Origin: Kudoa neothunni
Taxonomy: Eukaryota; Animalia; Cnidaria
NCBI GenBank assembly: GCA_964304625.1
Contig: OZ199839.1
Coordinates: 5,326,898 to 5,390,897, forward strand
Length of the DNA: 64,000 nucleotides
Direction of reading: 5' to 3'
This document shows positions 1 to 14,578 of the stretch, piece by piece (the stretch's first letter is position 1; the number at the start of each line of letters is the position of its first letter). The notes under the pieces were generated by a model. The model did not search any database. It saw nothing but the letters and a program-made list of their open reading frames with translations, and had not been told where the DNA came from. The position numbers and the translations under genes are program-made.

Positions 1-498
1 ATTATAAAATTATATCATCAATATTAACGCAAATGCATTGGATGGGAGTGTGTATTTCGATCGGCATCAAGTGCTCAAAATAAGTAATCCAGATTTAAAT
101 TTAATTACTCGTGAATAGTGTTTTAGCATTATTTTAGTTTAAATATTATTCCATTATTATTTTAATATCGTTAACATAGTAGAATGAATTTATTTAATTA
201 TTATTCTTTTTATAATAGTAAACGTTATTTGATTACCGATTATAGGTACTTATGAAACACTCAAGTTGATCATTTATTAAAGTTTTGTCAAACGAATACT
301 TATCACCTAACATTATAATATAGTTTCGCAATTGATTGGTCTCTAAACTCTATTTTAATAAGTTCGTGGATTAACAAGATTAAATGTAAAGGATTAAAAT
401 TTGAATTAATCGAGACCTGTAAGATTCTTTATTTTTTGTTACGTCAACGATTGTTTTATATTATTCGATTAAAATTTGTTGTCACAATTTTTTAATTA

Positions 499-833
499 CA
501 GTGCAACCTCGGACTTCAACCATAATCCGTTCTAGAAGTGTGTTCGAACTCCGAATAATTTTTTCCCCTGCAAAATAATGAAAATTAGTTTAATCCATTA
601 CAGCGCATTAAATAGATAACTATTTTTATTCTTATTTATGAAAAGACATGCATACCTTGTGATTATAAAATATTACAAATAAATATTTATTGAGTCACTT
701 ACGAAAGATCATAGAGAGTTCCCTTCCTTCTCTGTTTTTCCACAACTGGATTTGTTCTGAATATCCCTTCTATGTGTTCGATCTCAAAAGTGTTCTGACT
801 CTAAATTTATTGTCAAACTTCGAGGTTGCATTG
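499..833. mobile_element. pogo/Tigger-type MITE
   Basis: TA|CAGTGCAACCTCG ... CGAGGTTGCATTG|TA terminal inverted repeats with TA flanks; no ORF. Confidence 0.7.
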
Positions 834-2274
834 TATTTTCTTATTTAAATTTTTGGCTGTGATTTTTGGAAATATTCTCAAAATGTATTATTTATTAAAC
901 TACTTAAAAATCTATCTTTATTTAGATATTTTTTCATAAATTAGCAATTGATTTTAAAATTTACGCAGAACCCTGTTTTTCGTCGGAAGCCTTAATTATT
1001 AATTTGAATTCTTATTCAACAATATTTTTTGTACGAGTTTATTGTAATATATCCGATAATCTAAAAATTCATTTTTATAAGTTCAGTTGTGTTATATTAT
1101 AATTAAAAATAAAAAATAATATACATAAAACTTTATTCAGCATGATTATTCAACATAATAAGAAAAATAACAAAAATTGACTTGGTCTATGCGTGTTGAT
1201 TTCCTTAGCGTGTATGAAGATAACCACTTTTGCTAACCTCTCAAAATAAGGATAATCTGGTGAAAATCAGTAATAATAATTATTATTTTGGTGAATAATT
1301 CGAGTTTCGCGACAATGCGGTGATGTCGAAGTAATAGTCTTGGTATACTTTTTAAAATTGATACAGTAATTGTTATATATCTTAAATTATTAGAATGTAT
1401 GTAAAAATCCGTCTAAAAATTACTGCACGGGTGTAATTATCTCACACACTAAAACTACCATATTATAGACATCCGAAAATTTATCTACTATATTATTATC
1501 TAAGCAACAAAAACAACGAACAAGTAAACATTATTCCAGGGCATGTATCTGAAGCAAAATAAATTTGTTGGCTCAATAGATAATCCGAGGAAGTTTCATA
1601 AACAATAAATTAGAATTAATTTAATAATGTTTCATTATTTAGGGTAATATTACTATTTAACGTTTCTATCGGTGAAATAATTAATAAAACAAGGAATAGG
1701 CAATCAGATTGAATATATATAAATATTCTAGTGGATGTGAAAAAAGTTCATTTTCCTTATCACCAATAAAAAACTAATTAATTTATTTTCGTAAAAAACT
1801 GACATATACATTAAAATAAATGCAAACGATATTAATAATAATTGGTAAAAATAAAATGATATATAAAAAATTAAAAAATATTTGTTAATTATTACTGAAA
1901 TTTAATAAGGGGTTTTATAAATTTGTGGAAATTTTCGTCAAAATGCAATAAAATTTAAATATTCAAACCCTTATTCAATGTAACCATGAACTCGTAAAGT
2001 TCGTAAAAAAAACTTTAAAATATAAATTCTGCTTTTTAAGATATATAGAAAAATTAAATTCATCATTGTAAATTATGCAATGTCAGGAATATCTAAATGA
2101 TTGGATAATAAAATAAATTTGAGTAATTCTCTAATAACTCAAAACTATAACCAAAAATACAATTTTTAAACTAATACAATAAAATTTATTAATTGTCAAA
2201 ATCTTGTAGCAATGACAGGTGGAGAATGCACACTAAACCTATTAAAATTTAAAACAAAGTATTCTAAGGCTTCA

Positions 2275-4122
2275 TTAAAGTTTTGACCATTTTTTGATGA
2301 ATTTTTTCACATCAAATTTTCTGCAACAACCGTCGAAATTCATGTACCGAATGAGCCCAAATATAGGCCTTTCCTTCCAAGGTCTATCATGAACCCCTCC
2401 AATCGCCCACAAACAGCCTAGATAATATTACTCAAAATCCGGCTGCAATATAATAAGCTTTAATACCAGTTATACTGTTTGGATCATTTCCATCAATGTT
2501 ATATTTATTGTTAAGGTAGATAGAGTAGTCTAATGCAGTTTCTGGATTGCGAGACCATTCTAGAATTTTTTTGCACCAGTACATTCGTAAGAATCCATGC
2601 ATTTTTCCACTAATCATTACTTGATTCTAGCATATTATCATTATAATGCTACATTGTTACTGACAGAAACACTCAATAAATTTTAATGTGTTAATTGTAC
2701 CTGAGCAGCATTCCATAGTTGATCCTGTGTGTCGGCCTTTTCTAACTCGTCTCTTGTATAGTCATAAGGTCTAGGATCCTGTTGGTGTTTTTCCAATGTG
2801 GTAATGCCCCATTGAGGGATCCAATCAAACAGTTCTGAAGAAAGATCTGAATAATAGCATAGATTGTCCGACAACTCTCTTCGAATGATTGCTTCTTCGC
2901 AAAAAGCTGCAACGGACTCTGGATATGATTTTTTCCTCTTCATAACTTCAATAATAGCTCTTTGAGTGCTAAGAAAACCTACCAGGTATGACCAATGGAA
3001 AGAGAAAATGAAATTACCAAAATTAAAATAAGGAGAGAGATCACTTTGAACATTTTCATTCGGATCGTTCCTCTTGGATGTGTATTTTGAGATTTTAGTG
3101 GTTAAAAAATCCTCAAGCACTTTAATGGCACTTCTGTAGCCTCCACCCATTTTATACCCAGTATCAAAATATGGATCATCGTCTGTGTTCTCTCTAATAT
3201 AATTCTTTATTTCTGCCCAGTTGTTTACACACTATGATTTATATCTAAAACTTGTTTAGAAAGGAAGAATTTACATTAATTTTTTTATCGTTGAATTTAT
3301 TTTTTGTTACAGGTTTAAATTCAGTCAAATATTTTCGAAGATTTTTATTAATCTTAGGACGAATAGTCCTTGCCGCAAATGCTTTTTTATCAGACGCTAT
3401 CCATACTGGAACAATATTATGAGCGTCGATCTTAAGTATTATTGTTTATATATAAAATTATTCAATTCTCACTACCTCGAATATCACAGCGTTATGGTCA
3501 ATATTAGATATAACTGACTGAGTCAGTTTTCTGTTGGTCGGTAATGGATTCATATCAATTATCACTATAGCTGGGTTGTTGCGGTTCATATATTCGACAA
3601 TCGACTCGCTTTTTTCGCCCATCAAAACTTTGTAATTAATATCAAGATCATTCAGGTTCTTCTCAGATTTTTTATAAAGATCAGGCAAATATTATTATCA
3701 TACTTGTTCTAATTCGATCAACCCATCAATCATAAAATCATAGTGACGACGGTAGTAACCAGAGTGTAAAACGTTTAGGAACGATACCACTTCCAATTCT
3801 AGTTGGTATTTGTGGGACAATTCTTGGGCATAAATTAATGACCAATTATCTACGATTAATTTGATTTTATTCAATAAATAATTAGAAACTAATCTTATAC
3901 ATAAGTAGACTGTCTTATTTTGTGAAAACAAAACTCTAAGTTACCTTGAACACGATATTCCCTATTCATCCAATAAATAATTTTTCCTTCGTAACATTTC
4001 TTTATTGTTCCACTTGAAAGTTTAATTCTGCCCTGGTTAGTTTCGAAATCTTCATTTTGTGTTAAAAACTCTATCCTCGACTTAGCATAGGGATCTTGTA
4101 GCGAGTGGTTTCCAGACATCAT
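2275..4122 (-). CDS. phr: Class II CPD (deoxyribodipyrimidine) photolyase, about 8 exons
   Basis: Hand-spliced GT-AG exons give [103 protein letters not shown] and [21 protein letters not shown]; stop TAA 2275-2277. A short extra 5' exon near 4170-4196 is possible. Confidence 0.95.
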
Positions 4123-5422
4123 TTTTTCAAACGAACCCCTAATCTTCTTTGTGTACGTAGGTTGTTAACCCTGCGTGATGTCGATTCCGGGAGCATCTGA
4201 TCACTATAATAAATCTGATTAGAGATTCCATTAATAATTTTATATCATCAAAAAAAGTATCAAGAGGATATATATCAAGGTTGATTTTGGAACGAAAATA
4301 GTATTTTCTGGTGAATTCCTCACGAATTAATTAATTAATTATATTAACTAAATTTTGAAACTTCTGATCAAAATTAATTTCTCAATTATGGGTGGACGCT
4401 ATGGAGCTGCTTCCAAGTTAAATCATTTAATTTCGATGAGAGACGATGATTTAGCGATTAGTTCACATAGTGTAGGCAATTCTTAGAATGTTCTAGATTC
4501 TATAGATAACGTGGACTTCAACTTCCAAATAATTCTATAGACCAATCTCTATCGGTTCCTAAATTTAATTCTTAAAAGTTACTGATGGGATTTTCCGGGT
4601 TGCTCTTAATTCTTAGTAGCTTATAACAACAAAAACTATCATTAAGATTTAATTTTTGTTGGGAGTTCCCTAAAAAGTTGAAATTTTAAATTAACCACAA
4701 AATCTCTGTTAGCCGTTTGATGATATTATTTAATATCTGTGCTTTAAAAAGGTATTCCTGGTAATTTACATCCATTTTAATATTATTGTAGCCAGACATT
4801 TTTTTCTGATATTTTCGAGAAAATACGAAATTATATTTTATTTTTTATACGATTTAGAATCAATAATTTTGCAGCTCGGAACGAAATATAAATCAGTGGC
4901 GATTTTGTTAATTTAATATAATTAAAACAATTTTTATTTTGTCTATCCGTCCTTATGTACGCATGTGTAACATACTTTACACCCGATAAAAACACAGTTA
5001 TGAAATTTTAAATAGTTTGAGAAATTTTAAAACTTCTTCCATTTATTGCTAAAAATTATTAGATCACCTGAAAATGACGATTTTATTGATTTTAAAATTG
5101 TTAAGCAGATTATACGATCTCAATAATAGGATTACCATCATTTAGTTCAGCGTGATGCTCAGCTGTAATAAAGATTTCCTCTAATATACTGAAATAATCT
5201 GTTAATTTAACTATATCATCAGTCTCCATAAAGTAATAATTTGTGCAGATATTTGTGAAATGAGCGCATTAATTTTTATTTCAATTCACGAGGAGATAAA
5301 TCCTAATATTAAAAATTAACTGCCATAATTTTTCACTTAACTATATAGATTTTACTATTTTTGTTGTTTAAGTAAAATAAATTTAATTTCGTTAATTAAA
5401 TTGTTTAAACGAAGAAAATTTT

Positions 5423-7374
5423 GGCTAATGTTTACAAAAGGACGGTAGATAATACTTAATCTTCAGGCGGCCGCGGGGATTAAAACGCGCATTATAGGAT
5501 TAATTCGATAATCTCGATGTTCGATAGTTTACGCTGTTTGCGTTTCTTAATAGATAAAGTTATACATATTCCAGTAGAATACATTTAATTATAAGTGTTT
5601 ATAAAAACTAAAAAATTTCAGAAGTAATTTTAAAAAATCTGTGACGAGAGATTAACCCGGATTAGCGGAAGCAAATTCACTAAAGCGCTTGCGCCGTGAC
5701 ATTTTTCTTTTTAGCTTTTATGTATAATATAAACTTTTTTTTTAAATTGTGTTATTGTGTGTGTTGAAATTTTTTATTTCATTCAATTAACAATTTTTTA
5801 AGCCTTAGACTGAATATAATGACAGAAAAAAAAACTTTGACAATTTCTATATCCAAAAATTAAAAAATATTTTCTTTAAAAAGATTTGTAGCAAAATGAC
5901 AATGATTTTTGGTTTATAAAATTTTTTTATGTGTCCTTTTTTCAGATTTAAGGAGATATATAGGTCTTATCTATATAACCTCAATAAATAACAGAAAAAT
6001 TGTCTTAAATAATTTTCATTGTCATTATTACAGGTTAACTGAATAATAAACAATTCTATAATTATTTACTTTTAGATTTGTATAATATTGAATCTATTTT
6101 GTATAAAATATATCAATAAATGAGTTTAATACTAATATTATATATTTACGGATTTTTTTAATGAATATATCCAATAATTAGTTAATTATTGTAAATGAAT
6201 CCCCTTTTTCATACATAAATCGAGCGATTTTCACAATGGTGGAAATTTACTAATAAAATATTCAAATATGATTTAGAAAAGTATTTATTAAATAAATAAT
6301 AAGCAATAATCGCTTTATTCATAAAAAATAAAAAAACACGCGCATTACGTAAGGTTTAAAAAATAAAGTGACGCCTATGTACGATATATTTTAAAATAGT
6401 GACGACTGTAATAATTTAGAATAGTTAATGATAGTTTCTTAAAATGTATATATGCTCCTAATGAGCTTTAGCAGTTTAGAAAAGGGTTTTTTCGTCTTTC
6501 CTAAACATTTAGGCAGCTATATACGAATCAATCATGTCTTCCTTTCTATTAGTGACATGTCGAAAGGATCTTTCGAGAGCATTCCGCGTCGATCCTATTT
6601 GGTTGGTGTGAAGTCCTTCCGAGTTTACAAAATCGTATTTGTGGGTTACAACAGAATGTTGAAACCCCAATTCAGTTAGACGTAAATATGTAGGCCAACC
6701 ATCCGTTACAATTAGGGATCCCTCGACGACATTTCTATAAATTATGCCCTCAAGGGTTGCTTGGCCCCCTATTAAAGTTTTTAAAAAAATCATTATTGTT
6801 GGAGTCTATTCCTCAACAATCCAAGTGTCATGATGGCAAGGAATCCGTCCTACATTTTGTTTTCGTTTGACGCGATAGGTCTTGTCGATTTGAACATTGA
6901 TTCCTGGACTACCTATTGGTTCCTTATTCTCCAAAATATAGTTGGAAAATACTTCTTTGGATAATATATCAAATGTGTCTATTTGTGATACACGCAATAT
7001 ATAATTGAAAAGATATCGAAAAAAGTATTTTTTCTAATCGATAATTCTTTTTCGAAAGGCGAACAATAAAAGCACTCCCCATTCATACGCTTGTTCTTTT
7101 GAATTAAGGACATAGTAGTCCTGCATTCATGGATCATAACAGTAGGAGCTAATTTTAACCTCTGGTGAAGCTCAATTAATAATTTTGTGTGGTGTGTGTT
7201 GACAGATGTCACAATAATTAATTTCGTCAATATTTTACAAATTGAAATAATGGTAATCGGACAACATTTGGCATATAATAATAACACACAAAAGCTTAAA
7301 TATTAATATTTAAGAATTACAACTCAGCTTAGGATATTAAGGGATTATCTATCGTCCTTTTGTAAACATTAGCC
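5423..7374 (-). mobile_element. Merlin (IS1595-like) DNA transposon with degenerate transposase
   Basis: ~38-bp TIRs GGCTAATGTTTACAAAAGGACG(G/A)TAGATAAT; 8-bp TSD AAAATTTT at 5415-5422 and 7375-7382. Broken transposase fragments: SIRKNTFF, IGSPGINVQIDKT, GSLIVTDGWPTY, HSVVTHKYDFVNSEGLHTNQI. Confidence 0.92.
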
Positions 7375-7565
7375 AAAATTTTAACAAATTATTAACGAAA
7401 TCCTTTAATTTATGGATTAAAACATTTTTTAAAATATTTTTCAAAGTAGAATACGCTCAACAGGGGATTAATCTTGGAATTTCATTGAAGTTTTAAATAA
7501 AATTCTTAGTTATTTTATTAAAATAATCAAATCAAATGATCATGTAATACAATATTATTCACATA

Positions 7566-8600
7566 CCGTGGGGTCTCGATATTGCGCGCTAAATCGGGAT
7601 CTGAGCTTTTAAAATATCATGAAGATAGTTGAAGACATCCAAGCATTTTTTGGACCGTTAATATTTAACAGAAAATTCATAAATTCCTTTCAGACATGGG
7701 GTCTCTTTAAATTTACCAATGACACTATGTAGAAATTTTATCCTTATAAATTAGGCACTCTACAATTCTATTGCAGTTTTTTTGATTGTTTCTTTTCCTT
7801 TTAATTCAACTCCTTTATATCATATGTTCGTTGAATGCATTATTCTTAGGAAAGAGCGACCTTACCGGGATTTAATGTTTTATTTTTTATATCTACTTTT
7901 TATCTAATAAAATTTGATCACCTAACCATTAACAATATTATCATCAACTTCCCCCCTTCTCCAGGAAGAATGAATTTTTAAGGAAACCTTTTGTTCCATT
8001 TAAACCAGTGATTTAAGATCGTTAGCAAAAAGTTTCGCCTTCTCAGTGATAAAAACCAGAATATTTGTCTTTTTTGGTGATCTGACACAATCCGGCCAGA
8101 TAACGCAATTTGAAGTTGGATGTATTTTTTATTTGTAATTCTTTTACTGAGAGAACAACATTTGAGTTCATTATATCAGATCTATTAGATAAAATTCTAT
8201 TCAAGGAAGGATAACTAATTTTAATTTGAATAAAACTCACAATAACAGAATTCATGATATTCTATAGCGCTGTAGCGCTATAGAGTAACTTATTGGCATT
8301 TCATGTTGAGGTAATTGAATCATAATATTGAATAGTTCCAATTTTTTACCAAAATTTCTTTCTGCTTTCACAATACCGAACGTTCGAATGTGTAATTTAG
8401 TGGATTAATCGGATTAAAATTGAAGTATCCACCGCCCAATAGCAAGACTCTGAATTTTACAAAAAATGCATTTTTTAAATGTTATTTCGTATTTTTGGGT
8501 ATAGCGCTAGAGTAGAAGACTATATACATCGAAAAGGTTACAATTTTGGTTACAGAAATTTAAAAAAATGTCGACCACCCCATATATCGAGACCATACTG
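7566..8600 (-). mobile_element. Decayed pogo/Tigger element
   Basis: Imperfect TIRs TA|CCGTGGGGTCTCGATAT ... ATATCGAGACCATACTG|TA; minus-strand remnant VIGKFKETPCLK resembles the Tigger VIGKSKKPRCFK motif. Confidence 0.6.
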
Positions 8601-8906
8601 TATTTATTATAATTTATTACTAATTGATCGTTAAAACATGATTTTTTGCTTTCATTCCGTTGCGATGAATCAAATCATATTAATGGATAATTTCATTACA
8701 ATCTAAGGAAACGAATAATACTTTGAGTTTTCACCTGAATTGTAACAAATAATTCGAGGTGTTAAATCACTGAGCTAGGTGTTTAATTTATAATTAGATG
8801 TAAACAACTGATTATATATGGTTGAGATATTTATAAAAAACATCCGAATTAAGTAAATTAAATCCACACTCAGTTGATCTAAAATATAGATTGATTATTT
8901 GTAGAA

Positions 8907-11637
8907 ATGGAGAGCAGTGAAAAAAATTCTGAACCCCAACCAACAGTCAAGCTTTCCAAATACGAGGCAGGAGCTGCGATAATGAATGGATGTCTCGGAA
9001 CAACTATCCTTTATATTTCACACATATTTGCAAATGTCCACTATAACATTATCAGTTTCAGCATAATAGCAGTAGAAATAATCTTATTGTACATCATCCA
9101 GTTATAATACTAGATAGTCACATTTGTAATAACTGGAACCTACATAATACTGGCAGCTTGTAAAATACATTACAACGCTAAAGAATATTACGAATTGGTG
9201 GAAAAAGCGCTCCATCCTTATGTTGAATATTTCACAATGATATATGCTGCAGTTTACGTGTTTGAAACTTGTGTAGCTTATCTTATCATCATCAAGGAAC
9301 AACTGAAACAAAGTGAGTGATAATAACAACGTTATGTCTGATTTTTCCTAGGTATTGAGGAACTTTTCACTAACTCACATTCCAAAAATAATTCTCATAT
9401 AAATGTAGACAATTTGGTTCTGTTTGTGTTGATAGTGTTTATGATCCCTCCATTGATTTCTCGCAATGTTTGGTTTATGGCCTATTCGAGGTAGCAGTTT
9501 TTCGCCTCAATCAATAACCATTCTTTAGTTTGATAAATTTAATTTCAGCTGTATACATTATGTTGTTTCTTTTTTTGGAATATATCAAAAAAGTTTACAT
9601 ATACAAAAATGAATGTAAAATGGAAGGAGAAAATCAAGCATTTCAATTAGATCTGGGGTATATTTTCTATTATGAACCGACGGATAAATTTTTGTTTTTC
9701 ATAAGCTACTTCAAAACCTTAATATCTTCCATCAGTGCCGTTATTTTTGGATATCGAGTAAACAGACGGTACAAAGAGATATTTTTTAAACATATTCTTA
9801 GAATCACATTCCCTCAGTGTCCATTTTTGAAGCAATGTCAGAACAGACCCTTTCCAATTTTATACACGTTTCAATAGCCTCGGTTTTATTTTCTACATCT
9901 GTCTACTCAATAAGTGGCTACTTTGGATATGCAACTTTCTGTGACTCAACTAAAATCGATATACTTCTCAATCACAACAGCGTCAGTATTGTACTAGTAT
10001 GTACAAGACTAGCTGCAGCATCAATTCTGGCCACCTCATATATAATGTCCGCCTTCAGTTCAAGGTACAATTGAAATGATATTATTTTTAATCTTTTTTA
10101 ATTTTATTAAATCTATGAAATAAAATGAATTTTTTCTAATTAAGATTGAAAATTATATATTAAATAACAAAATAATCCCAATTGAAATTTAAGTCTTTTA
10201 GTTAAATTATATCTCAAAATATATCATTTACATCTATTATCAAATTTGTCCTTTGTTACTTCATTTCTTCAAGTTGGAAAGAAATCTCTAAATTTTTTGG
10301 TTAATCCATGTACGTATAGAATTTAAAAATTTTGCTGCTGAGATAAAGACAGAGGAAATTATATAACAAAAATCACATAATGTTAAACGATCAATCATTC
10401 GTCTTAATTTGGGTTGTCTTGGAAATGCATAATATAATAAAATTATATTCAAAGTATACGTCTTGATTATTAAGATATAAGGACAAACTTTAATTTACCC
10501 AAAAATGATTAAGAGGTTAAATTAATCTAGCAGATTGTTTTTGATATTCTTTATTTAAACGAATTTTAAAATTTTCGTCATTTACACAAAATATAATGGA
10601 AATATACTTTAAAAAATCTCATTAAACATTTTCTTATAAGCTTAAATGCAAAAATTTTAAAATGTAACCAATTAATTACTATTTTTTTAATCATACAAAA
10701 CATACTAGTAATGTTTTCGAATTTACTTATTTTCCAAAATATAAACTACTATATATTTATTATACTCATTATATTTTTTTAAACATTTAAGTTATTGGTC
10801 AATATAAAGGATTTATTATTAATAATAATGAACTCAAAAATTCTGACCGGAACATCATTATTTGGTTTGGATAACTCAAAGTATTTAAGGCATTGTATCG
10901 AATTAAATAATGAACTTACACATAATTTAATATTTATCGTTTAAACAAAATCTGAATTTAATATCAAGCTGTTTATATTTGAGTTCATTCAATTGGAAGG
11001 AAATATTTTTGGACTCTGTTATTTATTTAAAGTTTTAAAGGAAATTTTTATTTCAAATATTTATCTAATTTAAAGTAAAATACTTGTAATAAAATTTTAA
11101 TGTATGTTAACATTTTCTATTATAATTCAAAATTTAGGATAGCATTACATAAGGTACTAGACTGGGCTGTTGTGTACATTACGCAAAATAAGAAATCGCC
11201 TAATACTAAAACACAAGAGAAATACTTGAACAAGAGGGGTGAATCACAGCCAAATACCTATAATGGATTAGCAGAACACTTGAATACGTCCATCCCACAT
11301 TACTCAGCATTGAGTTGGGCTTGCTCTGGCTTTATTTGGTTTTTCGTTACCTACTTCGTCTCTGGGAAATTTAAAAACGGCGACCCTATTATAACATTAT
11401 TGGGTGGCTCATCGTGCTACTTCTCGTTAATAATTCCTGGTAAACTTATTCGTTTGATCGATCAAAAACTAATTAACATATTTGATAGGTGTTTGTTTGA
11501 TAAGTTTAATAAACCATCTGAAGACAGATTACAATTACGCGACGAGTTTAATGTTGACAACGATGGGATATGGTTATGCTACTCTCGGGGCGCTTATTCT
11601 ATGCTGTTCAATTATTTCTGCATTCAGTTTACATTAA
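8907..11637 (+). CDS. SLC38A7/A8-like sodium-coupled neutral amino acid transporter, 7 exons
   Basis: Spliced product has IMNGCLGTTIL, FETCVAYLIIIKEQL, VIFGYR|NHIPSVSIFEAM, SGYFGYATF...DILLN, IITLLGG and FSLIIPG|VCLI. Five ~38-49-nt introns plus a ~1.07-kb intron (~10065-11137); stop TAA 11635-11637. Confidence 0.85.
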
Positions 11638-13676
11638 CCTATATCAAATAACTTTTATAACTATATAGCAATATGTATATTGGATTATTTTATAGTTTGA
11701 CTAAATTTTCTTTATGGCTTGAAAAATCAACGAAGGTAGTCAGTACTGTATTCACATATAAACAAATAGATTCGCGCTTGGTACCTTGGCGAACCTGCGA
11801 TATCGATGTCTCAACTTTTTTTAAATTTGGGGATTATCTAACATTTTAAAGATTCATCACGTTAGTTTTTAATAAATATTGGTGAGATGATTGTTTTTTG
11901 TATTTTTATTTTTTTTAACTGGAATTTTATAAAATCATTTAACTTGTTCATTAAGTAGGAAATTATTCATCGAAATATGCGTTTGTATAAGATAAAGGGA
12001 TGTATCAAAACTTATATAAAAATATTTGTTAATTTCGGTCTAAGTATTATTAAATTCACATATATATGTTTATATTATTTTATCTATTTTGCATATTGCT
12101 ATATCTCAATTGTTTGAGGATGTGTTAAGAGGTTAATATATCACATTTTCCTGTGATGTAATTTCATTCGTGAAAATTAATTTTCGTACTTATAAACATC
12201 AATTATTTAATTAATTTAACAAAATTTTTGGATTTAAAAATGTCAGATTATATCAGCCACAATTTCATTTTCGTTTTTTATAATTTTTACCTGGGTTTTA
12301 TTAATTGAAACCTTTTAAGGATTAGCATAAAATTTTAAATAACAAACGTTTTTTGAGCTCATCTTTATAAATTAAAACGTAGTATGTCTAATAATATGTC
12401 GAAAAATATGAATTAGATTCAAATATATTTTTCGACTATTTGTTTAATCAGGTTGGCAAAATTATTTTACATAAATTACTAACGACGCGGCAAACATTAA
12501 TTCTTTATTACAAAACTATGTGAAATTGATAGAGAAGGAATAATATGTGGCGAATGCTTCATGACTACAAGATTGCATATTACAAACATTCAATTTGAGG
12601 GCACGAAATTGAATTTACTCAATACAAAGAAATCTAATTAGAATCAAACGATTAGATATTGTAAAAATTCATAAATCCATTTTCGATTGTCACCTATCAT
12701 GTACAACGGAAGTTGAGACGTTTATTAAATCATAATTCTCACTAAACTTTATTGCGGATAAGAGATCCACCAATACAATTTCTGTAAATTATGCGTAAAC
12801 ATTAATATAGAAACTTTAAATAGACTTATCAACTCTGTTCTCTAAAATTAAAATGTAATAACAAATTCAAGAGATAGGTTGGAGAATTCTCATTTTTATA
12901 TAATTTGCCTTTTGGATTCACCCAATTCAAGCATCTTCTGAGTAAAATGCGCTTCATTTTGACGCCGGATTTTTATTTCATTTGTTCATAATAATATTTT
13001 CTGTGTTTATGAAAACTTTTGTCTAAAAATTTAACTACTTAATTATTTATTATACATTAAATTATTTCCGCGCGTGTTCGCTGGTATGCAAAACACCTAT
13101 TTAAAACTCATATCTCCTACATTAATATGACCGATTTTGATTATCTAACATAATATCATAAAAGTACAATATACTTGATAATGACGGTTTTTATAATAAT
13201 AAATATTTTAAATAATTAATTAATTTGATGAATATATCAAATATAAATAAAATTGAATATCTGAAAATAGTTTATCGAATGCAAAAATTAAATGAATCAC
13301 AACTATTTCTAAAACTAAAATATTCTTAACAATTTTATGTAAAGTGTTAACAATTACTACATATTTTCCTCAATATTGGCCAAAAGTGGTTAATTAATTT
13401 AAAAGTTAATCATATATCTAGAATTTTACTCCAAATATTGTAACGTAATGCAATATATTAATGTTGCAAACAACTCAAATGAGCGGGAAATCAAAATACA
13501 AGTGGAAAAATAAATAAAATAATTTTTCATAAAAAGTCCAACCCTCAAGAAAATCCATCATATTTTTCTCGAGTATCTCATTGACATCCAAGTTTTCAAA
13601 TTTTTGTATTTTCCGATGAATGAATTATCATAATCATCTAATAGTGTACTCTATTTACAAGTATTATCGTTATTAA

Positions 13677-14578
13677 TCTTCTAATGGACCTAAAATCGAT
13701 TGCACTTCGACTTCGATGGACTCTGGGGTAGAAAATTACTCCAGATTTTTATTTTATCGCCTGTTGCAAAAAAATCCGTAAGAAGAAATATTGAAGATTT
13801 TTGTGGATGCAAAAAAAAGAATAAAGAGTTATAGTGTAAATAAATTCGTTAATAATCCTGATAATCCTACGGATATTACTTTCGTCAACAATCGTCATAT
13901 TAGTTTTTAATTCTGATTTCGATTGGCAGTGGGTTGTTCTAATTAAAGCTTTTAAAATTAAAATATTAATCCACATAATTCCTTAGCCTATTTTTTGTCA
14001 TAAAAAACTGCATTTAATGCAAACAAGACTCACAAACACTCATTACGTGGTTCTAACACAAAAATTTTTTGCAAATTGCGACACAACGTTGGTTTTTAAT
14101 CCATTTTCTTGGAATACGGATTAAAGGCGGTTTAAGATTTATGGTTGCCGTGATTATCTCCATTAGTAAGCAATATAATAAGTTCGCCATTATTTCAATA
14201 ACTTCCTCCGAAAAATATCATCACCAAAAAAGGTTTTTATATAGAACCACGTAATCTATTTTCAGTTCGTAAGCGTTGTATCGTAAAATCTAGACTATAG
14301 GAAATTCTAAACTCATCACTTACCCAAAAAATTATTTCTTCTTTAATTTTAGAAACAAAAATTGTTGGGTAGTTTTCTACCCCAAAGTCCATAGGAGGGT
14401 GGAAAATGTATATTTCCACCAATACAATAGATAAAAATTGTTATTTTATTTTAATATATAAATGAAATTATTTTGAAAGAATAAAGTAAACTCAGAAAGT
14501 TTGAAATTATAAGTAACGAATTATTATACAATAAACGAAGTCTCATTGGGGTAGATTTCTACCCCAAATCCATTAAAG
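13677..14578. mobile_element. Non-autonomous piggyBac remnant
   Basis: TTAA then TCTTCTAATGGAC; repeated GGGGTAG-n-CTACCCC subterminal palindromes like those in the other piggyBac copies here. The right end is followed by a hAT-like CAGGGGTTCCCAACC. Confidence 0.45.
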
